Of a stretch of 64,000 nt of DNA, positions 46,851 through 64,000 are shown piece after piece; within the stretch, counting starts at the first letter, position 1, and each line of letters starts with the position of its first letter. The notes beneath the pieces were generated by a model. It did no database searches. It saw only the letters and a list, made by a program, of their open reading frames with translations, and was not told the origin of the DNA. Source of the stretch: the human T2T-CHM13v2.0 reference genome, Homo sapiens. A program made the translations under genes and the position numbers. The stretch lies in the NCBI RefSeq assembly GCF_009914755.1, contig NC_060943.1; one strand, 5' to 3'.

Positions 46851-49574
46851 AAAATGCATCCCTTTTCTTCATTCTGTATCATCAAACTAATTTTCCCAAA
46901 GCACCAATCTCACATTTAGAGAGAAACTTATTCTCAGTGTCCAACCTTTAGCCTCACTGTGGGCACATTCTCCTGTGCTTCTAAAGAAAGAGGGAAAGAT
47001 GAGAAACAATGATCATTTGGAAAGTTTGCAACAGGCCAATGAACCATGTAGACCTCTCCAGAAGCAGATGTGCTTCTGAATAGGATAAGATGTGTTACTG
47101 AATGGGTGCTACTGCTGGTGCCCACATGTGTTGTCTGTCACCTTCAGTCACATTTGGCATGTAGTACCTACACAGATGTCAGATCTGAATTTTTCCCATT
47201 TCATTGTCCCTAATACACTGATCCCTTGTCATGTAACTAATAGCATCTTCTATAATTCTACAATTATGTCTTGGTTGGCATCACAAAAGGGGCCTAAGGG
47301 ACCACCTTATTCCTTTTAAACCAAGACTCATGCCACCTTTACATATTTCTTAGAAAGGAGGATATATAATGGAGGAAGACAAGGCTCACCGATGAGTTCA
47401 AAACAAGGGGACGAAGAAAGTGAGGAATTAAGGTTTGCTCCTAAGTATTTTGCTTGAGTCAAGAGACTTTTTTTTTGAAAGATATATTTAACATTTTACA
47501 TTATGTATATAATAGTCAAAAAGTCTTTTATCTCAGTCAATGAATATTTTATTTCAGTGAAAGGGTCTTATATATCGGGGACATCTGGCCTGGGATCTAG
47601 GAAACATGGAAGGAAATTAATCTGTAATAAAGTGTTAGTAATTAAGAGGTCAAGCTCTATGACTCAGTCTCCAAAGTCAACTTTCCTCAAGTCCTAATAA
47701 CTTTTAGACGCCCCCAATATACAGACTATTTTCTTTTAGGCTCAACTTTCTTTACATAAGACATGTGAATCCACACGTCTATGCCTTCTACATTTTAGTG
47801 CAAGGATTAGTAAAAAGTAACTAATAGAGCGCTTTCCAGTTTGGTTAAAGGGAGTCCTTTAACCAAATATCATTTTAGATATCATTTCCAGTAGAAAAAA
47901 ATCTCCTGGCTGAAGTTCATGGGTTTTAAGTTCTTTGTTTCCTGGGAGTTCACTATAAAAAGAGTCTTTTTTCAAATTATGATTTTTAGGTAGTTGTTTT
48001 ATAAAGATGTCAGAAAAATTTAATATGTCTTCTTTTAGCATTATGGATTTATACTTTCCTGGGGATAGTTTCATGCATCTACCTGTTATTATCTCAATTA
48101 GGGAAAACTGATGTCTACCAAAAGGGGTGGATTTTAGGTTAAGGAAAACCAGTGGAAGGGCCCTTGGCCAAGACATGTGAAAAGCCTGGGTTAATTTTGC
48201 CAATTGAATTTTAATTATTTTGTTTATGCATTCTACTAATGCAGATGACTGAGGGGGATATGCAGAATGGAAGTGTTAAAGAATTGGCCATATTTTACGT
48301 AGTGACTGAATTACATGGGCAGTGAAATGAGTACCTCTGCCCCTATGAAGTTCTAGAGAGACTCCTCAAGTCTAAATAATTTTTCAAGGAGAATTTTACT
48401 TAATGTTAGGGCTGTTGCTCTTCTGCATGGAAATGCTTCTACCCAATGAAACTATACAGACTTTCATTACTAGAACATACTTGTATCCTTGTGATGGGGT
48501 AGTCGAATAAAATCTGCCACACCTCAAAGGGGGCCTCAGGTAAAGAAAAATGTTCTTAGGAACTATGTAAAGGTTTCCCTGGATTATATTTTGGGCAAAT
48601 ATGGCAGCAACTAAATGCTTTATGAGCTATAGTTGAAGAAACTTTTCAAAATACTATTTTTCTCAATAACCACTTTATCAGGGCTCCGGTGAATTAAATC
48701 AGTCCGTAGGGTTGAAAATGATGATTGTAATTCAGTAGGAAGTATAGGCAAGTTGTTTAGTCCACACCATATTTCACCTTTTTGTTTTATATTTTCTAAT
48801 TCTGTTTTTAGAGCTCTGGATTGGGTTAATTTATGTCAAATTTGGGGGCTTCTTTCAAAGTTAATATGAATTGTTTTTATTGCCTAGATGTATTTAGGCA
48901 GTCCTCATTGTAACCTTATGAGCTAGCTGACTTCCTTCACTTTCTGGAGTATCTGATTTGGAATTTTTTGGAGTATCTGATTTGGATTTTAATAATAGGT
49001 AGTGAGTTTTATAATAATGTTTTTTTAATAATAAAGAGATAAGGTATCCATTTTTTATGGACTGGCCGGAAGAGGTTCAAGACCCTCTTTATTTATTTTC
49101 ACAGTATTACAAAGTCACGAATGACTTCAAAGGTATATCTGTTGCCTGTATATAAATTAGCAGTTGTTCATTTTGCCAACTGACAAGCTCTAATTAGTGC
49201 TGTCAATTTGGCTTGTTCAGCAGAGATTGCTTCTAGAAGATAAGCACTTTCTATTTTTTCCCTTGGGATATTATAACATAACCTGCTTGTAAATTTGAGA
49301 TTAATCTTTAAGTAAGATCTGTCTGTAAATCAAACCACACCAGTGTTACTAAGATGAGTTTCTTGCAGGTTTGTCCTAGGAGAGAAAAGCTGACCAGTTA
49401 AGGTTATGCAATCATGAGGCATTTCATCCAAATTTAGGGGGAGAAGAGTAGCAGAATTTAGGTTATTACATGTAGACATTGTCATATGAGGTCCAGAAAG
49501 AAGTAAGACTTCTAAAGGGACTAGCTTGCTAACTAAGTAATTCTGAGCATGAAGTGAATTTAGAAGTGCTTCCA

Positions 49575-50236
<662 letters not shown>

Positions 50237-50975
50237 ACCAGTAGGGTGATTGCTGTATTAACCCCATGCAGGCTGGTAGTCCTCTAGCCACTGAATCCAA
50301 CTGCTGACTGTTGTATTATATAGGTCTCTTTTGAGCCCCATGTTTTTGGGTCATAATGCCTAGGGTATTTTCTTGATCTTCCTGTACAAACAACGTAAAC
50401 AAAATAATTTGGATTTCCTAGTACTGGGGCATCTATAAGATCCTTTAAATTGTTCCTAACATTAATTGATTTTTCTCTGTCCAATCCAGAGAGTCTGCTT
50501 GTCTCATTTTAAAAGGGTATAGAAAGGTAAGCTTTTAATGAAAAATTCAGAATCTAATTTCTGCAATAATTTTCCAGTTCCAGAAATCCTCTTAGGTGTT
50601 TTCTTAGTTTTTAGGGTAAGCAAGGAAAATATTTGTTTTATTCTATTTGCATCAATAAAAAGGCTTTTCTTGGACAATAGATAACTCTAAATATTTTACT
50701 CATTGTAGACAGAACTCAAGATTTTTTATTGGAGACCCCATGTCTCTTTGAAAGCAATTTTTGTAACAAGTGAATCCCATCTTTTTGTAGCAGCTTTCTC
50801 ATCTTCTGAACAAAGAAGGAAATCATCCACATATTGTATTAAAGTATAGTTTTCAAAAATGCAGCATATAAGACATTTGGTTTCAATATTTCTGAGAAAT
50901 AAGTTGGACTCTGAGTATATTCCTGAGGCACAATCATCCATGTCCATTGTTTGTCTTTCCATGTGAAGCCAGTAG

Positions 50976-51970
50976 TGTGGGGGAAAGCAAGAGAGATCAG
51001 ACTATTACTATATCTATGTAGAAAGAAAAAGACGTAACAAACTCCATTTTATTCCGTACTAAGAAAAATTCTTCTGCCTTGAGATGCTGTTAATCTGTAA
51101 CCCTAGCCCCAACCTTGTGCTTGCAGAGACATGTGCTGTGTTGACTCAAGGTTTAATGGATTTAGGGCTGTGCAGGACGTGCTTTGTTAAAAATGTGTTT
51201 GAAGGTAGTATGCTTGGTAAAAGTCATCGCCATTCTCCAGTCTCAAGTACCCAGGGACACAATGCATTGCAGAAGGCCACAGGGACCTCTGCCCTAGAAA
51301 GCCTGGGTATTGTCCAAGGTTTCTCTCCACTGAGACAGCCTGAGATATGGCCTCATGGGAAGGGAAAGACCTGGCCATCCCCCAGCCTGACACCCATAAA
51401 GGGTCTGGGCTGAGGAGGATTCGTGAAAGAGGAAGATCTCTTTGCAGTTGAGATAAGAGGAAGGCATCTGTCTCCTGCTCATCCCTGGGAATGGAATATC
51501 TCAGTGTAAAACTTGATCATACATTCTATTTACTGAGATAGGAGAAAACTGCCTTATGGCTGGAGGTGAGATATGCTGGGGGCAATACTGCTCTTTACTG
51601 CACTGAGATGCTTGTGTAAAGTCAAACATAAATCTGGCCTACGTGCACATCAAGGCACACACAGCACCTTTCCTTAAACTTATTTATGACACAGAGTCCT
51701 TTGCTCACGTGTTTTCCTGCTGACCCTCTCCCCACCATTACCCTATAGTCCTGCCACATCCCCCTCACCGAGATTGTAAAGATAGTGATCAATAAATACT
51801 GAAGAAACTCAGAGACCAGTGCTGGCGTGGGTCCTCCATACGCTGAGTGCTGGTCCTCTGGGCCCACTGTTCTTTCTCTATACTTTGTCTCTGTGTCTTA
51901 TTTCTTTTCTCAGTCTCTCATCCTACCTGACGAGAAACACCCACAGGTGTGGAGGGGCTGGCCCCCTTCA
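50976..51970 (+). mobile_element. HERV-K(HML-2) LTR5A/B-type solo LTR without TSD
   Basis: TGTGGGGGAAAG...CCCCCTTCA; flanks CAGTAG and GCTGTA do not match. Confidence 0.92.
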
Positions 51971-52606
51971 GCTGTACACAAGCAAACACCAGATTCTCCA
52001 TTCTCAGGTTCCATTACTCTATGCTGTACATTTGATTCTTATTCCGCCCCTTCTGAGGTATCTTGTGGTCTTATACGCTACCAGGAATTTGCAAGTACTT
52101 TCCCTTCTTGTGAAGTGTTTGGCACACAGGAAAACATGAGGGAATATTAGTTACTATACTTGTCCTTTCATGAATCATTTGAAATGTCACTTCTTCAGAC
52201 AGCATTCTGGGATGCCTCTCAGTTTTGTCTTATTTATAATAATGCAATCATTAAATATAAAATTGCAACTCTTAAGTGGGGCTAAGGAAGGGAACTATAG
52301 AAGGCATTCAATAGGGAAATAGAGGAAGCATCTCTCTTCCGGGAATAATTGAAGATCATTTTTCCTGATCATCATCATCTGCTCACTTAACTGCTGTTCA
52401 GAATGGACTGTGAGTTCCACAAAGGCAGAAGTCTATAATTTATTTTTAGCCCCAGTGCTCAGAACAAAAACTGGAACACAGCACTTCAATAATAAGACTA
52501 TTGAACAAATAACCATATTTGGCTGACAGGCTACAGTCTTTCCTTCTTCACTTACCCTCAAGGTGCTGTGCTGCTGCTCAGTGATAATTAAACATAGAAA
52601 AGATGC

Positions 52607-52966
<360 letters not shown>

Positions 52967-53436
52967 TTATAAAAAGAAACACTGGACGGATTCACAGTAA
53001 ACATGTTTACCTGTAAAAGCTAGAAGGTCAGGGGAAAACTAGGATTGAGAACAGGATAAGATATTCACAAATGTGCTTTTTTGTACAGCTTTAAGTTTTG
53101 AATCGCATGACTATGTGACCTAGTCAAACTATTTCAGAGTAAAAATAAACAGCCAGTAGAGTCTCTATCGCCCTAGGAGTGGAGGCTGATCACAGGGTAA
53201 TCTAAGGATGAGATCATAAAATAAAACAAACCCTCCAAGCAAAAAAAAAAAAAAAAAGTTTTAGATGCCAGAAAACATTTGAATCTACAGCCTGCCACTT
53301 GGCAGCTAAGTAGCTTGAAAGCTGTTGGAGCAACACTCCTTAATTCAACCAAATACTGTCTCAGCATCTGCGAGGTGCCTGATCTAGTGCCCAATGTTGG
53401 AGGTGAAATGATGAGGAAAAAACAGACCTGCTCTCT

Positions 53437-54425
53437 TGAAGGGGGCCAGCCCTTCCACCCCTGTGGATATTTCTCATCAGGTGGGATGAGAGACTGAGAA
53501 AAGAAAGAAGACACAGAGACAAAGTATAGAGAAAGAACAGTGGGCCCAGGGGACCGGCGCTCAGCATACAGAGGACCCACACCAGCACTGGTCTCTGAGT
53601 TCCCTCAGTATTTATTGATCACTATCTCTACCATCTCGGTGAGGGGGATATGGCAGGACTATAGGGTGATGGTGGGGAGAGGGTCAGCAGGAAAACATGT
53701 GAGCAAAGGACTCTGTGTCATAAATAAGTTTAAGGAAAGGTGCTGTGTGTGCCTTGTTGTGCACATAGGCCAGATTTATGTTTGACTTTACACAAACATC
53801 TCAGTGCAGTAAAGATCAGTATTGCCCCCAGCATGTCTCACCTCCGGCCATAAGGCGGTTTTCTCCTATCTCAGTAAACAAAATTTACGATTGGGTTTTA
53901 CACTGAGACATTCCATTCCCAAGGACGAGCAGGAGACAGATGGCTTCCTCTTATCTCAACTGCAAAGAGGCCTTCCTGTTTTACTAATCCTCCAGGGCCC
54001 AAACCCTTTATGGGTGTCGGGCTGGGGGAGGGTCAAGTCTTTCCCTTCCCAAGAGGCCATATCTCAGGCTGTCTCAGTGGGGAGAAACCTTGGACAATAC
54101 CCAGGCTTTCTAGGGCAGAGGTCCCTGTGGCCTTCCGCAGTGCATTGTGTCCCTGGGTACTCGAGACTGGGGAATGGTGATGACTTTTACCAAGCATACT
54201 GCCTGCAAACACATTTTAACAAAGCACATCCTGCACAGCCCTAAATCCATTAAACCTTGAGTCAACACAGCACATGTTTCTGTGAGCACAAGGTTGGGGC
54301 TAGGGTTACAGATTAACAGCATCTCAAGGCAGAAGAATTTCTTAGTACAGAACAAAATGGAGTTCCTTATGTCTACTTTCTTCATAGACACAGTAACAGT
54401 CTGATCTCTCTTTCTTTTCCCCACA
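53437..54425 (-). mobile_element. HERV-K(HML-2) LTR5A/B-type solo LTR
   Basis: Minus strand TGTGGGGAAAAG...CCCCCTTCA; perfect TSD CTCTCT at 53431-53436 and 54426-54431. Confidence 0.94.
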
Positions 54426-56100
54426 CTCTCTGCCTTCAGGAAGTTTAGAATCCAGATGGGGAATGCACATGGAAATCTACAAAATGTTAAACTGCAGTTC
54501 CCCTAAGTGCTAGGAAGAAGAGGAACACGATCCTATGGAAGGCCAGACTGGTGAGGGAAAGTTGCTCTGAATTAGTGATGTTTGAAGATCCTGAAGGAGG
54601 AAAAATGCAGAAAATGGGGGGAAAGAAAAGTTCAGGCAGAAGAAAGAGCATGCACAGAGGCCTGAAGGTGATGAAAGGATGTCAGCAGCATATGAGGGGC
54701 CAAAAGAGGGCCAGTGTGTCAGAACAGGGAGAGCAAGGTGGAGTATGGGAGAGGGAAGAAAGAACCGGAACATGCAGACTTGATGGCCATTTTAAGGATG
54801 TTTGCCATTGTCCAGACCCCAAGCAGAACAGTCATTGCAAGTTTCAAAGTTTAAAGCTAGAGAGTTTCATAATCACAGCTCTATTAAGCTTAAAAAGTAT
54901 GCTATATGAGGAATCCTTGGCTCAGTGCGTGGCAACCTTTTTGTCATCAAGTCACAGTTTTGATTAAGTTCAGGCACACCTATACTCTTGATTCCTCCTC
55001 TTCCCCTCACTGGGACTAATAACATTACTTGTATTAATTGTGTTTCTTGCTAGACACTGTTTTAAGGACTTTACATTTACTTCTCACAACAAACCTGAGG
55101 CAGATATTTTAAAGCTAAAGTCAAGACCTTGGTAAATTAGTTGCTCTATGGCACATGGCTTGGGCATGGCAGGGCAGGATTCAAACTAAGCAGTGTGACT
55201 TCAGGATACATTCCAAATCACTATGCAGGACTGCCTCTTGGCCCAGGAGGGACTGAGGTCATGGGAGCAGATGAAGGGTGATCTTCAGTGAAACTATAAG
55301 GATCTTGGGTTTGGGAGCAGACATGATGTGTACCAAGCTTAGGTATGCACTGAGCCTCCTTCATCTGGGAGGTCAAGCTCTGAAAGGTACGTTAAGCAAT
55401 TGCTCAGGGTAGGCCTGGCCAACTCATCCTTAGACCCTGATAGAGCATAAGCAACCTGACCTTACCATGGAAGGATGTGCAGATTCACAAAGGCCAGATG
55501 TGGATAGGGCCTGGTTGGTGGAGCGCCCATTTCTGATTCTTTGCTGGAGAGTATCTGCTCTGAATCTATCCCATTATAATGTGGGGGTAATGATGGGGCA
55601 CTAATCCAGGATTTAGGGCAAAGATGCACAAAATTAGGTGTGCACCAGAAAGCCCTCATTACAAATGCAGAGTGCCAGGTTCCAGCCCCAGAGGATCTGG
55701 TTTAGGAAGTCTAGGGGTGACTCAGGGATTTGCATCTTTTTAAATTTCTGAGAGACTTGCGGCAAGAAGCTCACAGACAATTACAAATACTCCTGGAGTA
55801 TTCTGTGCTTACAAATGCTGTAACAGGCTCTCCTCAGTACACTTAGGTCTTGGCTCAAATTACATCCAGAAAAGCCTTCCCTTGGAGAAAAAAAATAACA
55901 TATTTTTAAAAGCCCCCATCACTACGTATGCATTAGTATCCACTACTAGTCTTTTTCTCCTTCCTAACATCGTACAATCTGTTTCTCTGCCTCACTCAAT
56001 GGTAAAGTTTATAAAGGTTATTCCTTTGCCTGTATTGTTCACCGATCCATCCTACTGTATCTAAAACAGTGCCTTGCACAGTGATGATATATAAAAGTTA

Positions 56101-56455
<355 letters not shown>

Positions 56456-58047
56456 TTATTTTCCTATGAGCAGCACTTACTGTAACTTGGACAGTGTATC
56501 CATATGGGATGAAGGTTAAAAAACCAGATAAAGAAGGCCAAGAGACCTACTCCCAGAAAAGTGAGAATGATGAAGATAAATCATGTCTCAAAAAAAAAAA
56601 AAAGAAAAGAAAAATCACATCTCAGTTCAGCAGGTCACAGAGAAGCTGGGATCTCTGAAATGGTAACCCTAGCGGGTGATAGGTCTTATGGACAAATAAA
56701 AGCGTCATCTCTAAGACGTCCCAAAAGAAACCCACCTCCTCCCATCTGTTACAGTCTCATCCATTCTCAGAGACTAAGATTTTCCTCCTCCTTTGTGTTC
56801 TACTTATTCTAAGAGTCCTTTTCCTTTTCTGCTCTGCCCCTTTTATATTTGGCTAAGTCTTTCTAATCACACAAAAGTTGTGAGTGACAATTCTATTCTT
56901 TACAACTGTCATTCCCTTCAATGACAAAATACGCTTCTCTTTCCAAATCATTCTCTCTCCAAATCAATACATAATTAGTTTTTGTTTTTCTATGTGTTGG
57001 GAAATATTAGATCATGCAAAGCAGCCTCTCCAGCATAACTTTCTGGGATGTTGGAAATAATGACAAAGAGTCCTCATTGTCTGAAAGTTCTGTTCACTCT
57101 GCTGTCCAGTTTAGTAGCCTCTACTCACATATACAGCTCTTGAGCAGTGAGGGAACTGAATTTTTAAATTTTGTGTTCAGTTTCTTTAATTCTAAAATTT
57201 AAGTAGCTACAAAACTTAGCAGGGAATTTGTAATCTCTTGGAGAGATAAGACACGGGCAAAAACAAACAAACAAAAAGCCCTCCTTTTTGTACTAAGGTG
57301 CTTAAGTACCATTAACAGCAGTCCTTCTGCTACTCCTTGAACAATAAATTATCGCGTCCCCTGGACACAGTTACTCCATGTCCATTTCACCTAATGTAGA
57401 TATTTGCACCGCCTGACTAGATTGCCTGAGTGTAATGATACCACTTAAAATTAACCCCACAAACTCTCCAGGAGACCACAAACTTTTTCTTCTTTGACCT
57501 CAGCTCCTGGAACAGGACAAGGTACAAAGGAAATAATTTTAAAATATTTGTTTAATGAAACAAATTGACTAGTTTCACAGATCCCTCTGCATAATACAAA
57601 GTTCTGAAAGTTTATGGTCCTGGTTTTCAATTAATCCTCCACACTGGCACTGGTCTAAGGAAACTGAATTGACACATATGTGTCCCACATTCCACCATTA
57701 CAGTATTAGCCCTTTCCCACCAACTGCCCCTTATGAAGCTTTTCAGTCACTGCAACACTCCCGACACCAATTATCTCATCTGTTTTAAAAATTCACAGTA
57801 CTTCATTTCCTCCACTTAAAAGTACTTGGGCTTCCTTTACTCATTTAATTGACACAGTCGAGCAATTGCTGTGTATGTGCTTAGGTTAACATCAAATTTG
57901 CCTGTGTATCACAGCATACATTTTAATAGGATGAGTTTATCAGGCTATCTCAGCCTTATACATGTTCTCTCAGTGTATGCTTTTCGGCCACATAATGAAC
58001 TACAAATTTTTGCTCAACCCTTTTCCACATAGATCTGAGTTTTCTTC

Positions 58048-60140
<2,093 letters not shown>

Positions 60141-61772
60141 CCAAAGTATTCTTTTTTTTAATGCCTTGATGTGAGGTGTCTCTTAGTAATAACCCTATGA
60201 CCTGAGTGTAAATAAAACTCCATGTTTAATGTTCCTTGCACATTGGCAAAAAGTAATAGTATAAACAAACTAAAAGGTGAAAGCAGTTAGCATAAAACAA
60301 GGTTAGATCACTAATAATAAAGACAGATTTGGCTGCTTTCTAAATGTGCCTTGCAAAACAGACCTTAAAATACAAGCAATTCACTGTGACCAGCAGACCA
60401 GAGGCTGGAGGCCCATTTCGTCCAAAGAACAGATTCATTCATTCCACATACTCTTACTGAATGATCACCGTGTGCCAGGTATGGTGCTGGTGTTGGGGAT
60501 AGGCACAAGAATCGCTTGAATCCAGGAGGTGGAGGTTGCGGTGAGCCAAGTTCACACCATTGCGCTCCAGCCTGGGCACAGAGCAAGACTCTGTCTTAAA
60601 AAAAAAATAAATTAATAAAAATAAATAATAATAATGAATAATTTTTAAGGGAATGAGTCAGGGAAGTAATCATATGTGTGGAACACACCAGGCAGGGTTT
60701 AGGAAAGAGGATGGAAATCTCTTTGTGAGCAAGATGGTATTATATCACAGAGATCACTGAAATGAGAAATTTGACAGGTAACATGGTTTACTGGGACTTG
60801 GTGTCATCAGAATACGATGGGGAAAAAAACGAAAGCAAATTATTAAATACAGAAAGGAACCAAATGGAAGTAGGCGGGAGTTGAGAATGTAGGATGTTAA
60901 AAAAATGACTTTTTTACTTAGAGATGCATCATGACTAGCAGAGACCTTTAAAGAAGAGAGCTCTTCAGGCAGGTAATACCCAGATGGCCAAGATTCAGGA
61001 TGTACAGGAACAAACGAAAATCCAAACTTAATGGTTTTCTTGGAGGAAAGATGATTCTAGTTCCTTGCAGTTACTAGGAACTCAGGGGAGAGTTGCCATG
61101 AAGTAAATTACACAGAACTAAAATCTGTGTTAGATAACAACAGGGAGATGTCAGTTTGGGACTCTCCTCCAGGGAGCGGAAGGAGTTTAAACTTACTAGA
61201 ATGAAGGCAATTTTGAAGAGTGAAGGGCACAGATGAGAAAATGGAGAACGGGACCTTTGGAGAACCTAAGAATAAGGAAAAAGAGAAGCGAAGGAAGCCA
61301 AGGCACAGCGAAAGTCCAGTTTACCCTGAGGAAGCCACATCCATCACAGGGGAGGTGTTAGGAGGGGAGGTCAGCATTAGCCAAGGGGCACAAAGGGGTG
61401 GGAGTCCGAAAACAGTGAGGACTTCAAAGTTTCCTCTTTGGAAAGAGGCCTGGAAGGTGGAATTTCGTAACAAGAGAGGTGGAACAACATGAAGAAGGGA
61501 AATACTTGAAACCCGAGGAAGAAGAAAATTATGCAGGCAAACAAACAATATGTAGATAAAATAATCAGATCTCTGAGGAGATAAAGAGTTTTTGTTTTGT
61601 TTTGTTTTTTTTTTAACTCTAAATTCCTACAAAGAAAAACTGGTCTCACACTGGGAGACAGATGAGTAGAGGAACTGTTTACATATCCTCAAACCCCCTT
61701 CACAGCTGTGCTGCCTTCTCTGACTGTCTAGAATGTGACTTCCATAGCCTTCTGTCTTGTGGGTTCTCTCAC

Positions 61773-61868
61773 CTGAACAGGCTCCACTGTGGATTCCATC
61801 TTCAATTGTCCACAGTTGTTCTCCTTGTTCCAACTTGAAGAGTGCATCCGGTTTGCTGGCTTGATACC
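61773..61868 (-). CDS. ZNF350: ZNF350 KRAB-B exon
   Basis: aacag|GGTATCAAG...TTCAG|gtgaga; YQASKPDALFKLEQGEQLWTIEDGIHSGACS; 96 nt. Confidence 0.96.
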
Positions 61869-62107
61869 CTGTTCATGGAAAATGATAGAGGACTTAGACA
61901 TATCAAATTGGGCTGGCAATGTCAAGAAGGAAGAATGTTACATTTCAAGAAACTTGAGTTTCTTAAAATACCCAAAATTTAGTTTCTTATCTGAAACTAT
62001 GAAAGTTTCGTTTCATATCTGTAACATCAAGGTTTTTCTCTTACAAGAGGGTAGATTACACCGTCTTGTGTGGGAGCAAGAGAAGGATCTGAGAATCTAC
62101 CACTTCA

Positions 62108-62344
<237 letters not shown>

Positions 62345-62660
62345 TTAATAAAGTGATGTCTTTTTGATGATGTGGAAGAAATGCTAAAGTTTTTCTGCTC
62401 ATTTCCACTCTACAGGCTGTGTGCATATACCAAATAGTTTTTTTTTTAATACAATGTGGAAGAAGTAAAGTCCTAATATAATATTCTGTAACTGTATATT
62501 CAGTCATCCTCCATTCACCCAATTGGAAGTTTCTATAAAGTGTAGAAGTTAAATCTTGCTAACCTAAAAACAATATATTTATACATTTTATATATGTAAA
62601 TATATATGAATATATGTACATATATTTATTTTAGATACATGCAAATGAAAGACATATATA

Positions 62661-63765
<1,105 letters not shown>

Positions 63766-64000
63766 ATATATCACAAATCCAGGCCTCCTATTTTTCTGAT
63801 GGACTAATTATAAACTGAGGGTTCCTATGACCTCCTTGAGTTTGATAATTTCTCAAGAAGAAGGAGAAAATCAAGTAATGGAGAAACAATATCCAAAGAT
63901 CTAACACTGAAAATTTTTCAGAACTGATTAAACACTCCAAAATTCAAACTCAAGAAATCCAACAACTTTTCAAGCAAGAAGTCTACACGTAGGCACAACA

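Noticed and set aside
48946-48990. 23-bp tandem duplication 'tggagtatctgatttgga'
   Set aside because: Small slippage within a dead ERV; no further significance visible

Overview
Primate, almost certainly human, genomic DNA from a KRAB zinc-finger gene cluster. The proteins are recognisable from memory as ZNF613 (+, complete 617-aa CDS over 4 coding exons) and ZNF350/ZBRK1 (-, start exon outside the window), which places this at 19q13.41. The two genes are tail-to-tail inverted paralogues. A third KRAB-ZNF locus (-, 7856-10898) has intact splice sites but in-frame stops late in its finger array and no identifiable start exon. There are two CpG-island promoters (~20.0-21.0 kb and ~42.0-42.75 kb). 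The rest is repeats: eleven HERV-K-class LTRs (six LTR5, four LTR3-like, one MER11), some nested, plus a 5'-truncated SVA, a decayed ERV1 provirus, L1 fragments, DNA transposon relics and >30 Alus. The most striking object is at 14289-15459: an LTR5 followed by an almost complete reverse-transcribed copy of its tRNA-Lys(CTT) primer, including CCA. Its only non-CpG mismatch falls exactly on m1A58, and the unit is flanked by a 55-bp target duplication, so it looks like a fossil of aberrant reverse transcription and integration. Repeat family names and gene symbols are from recall, not database searches.
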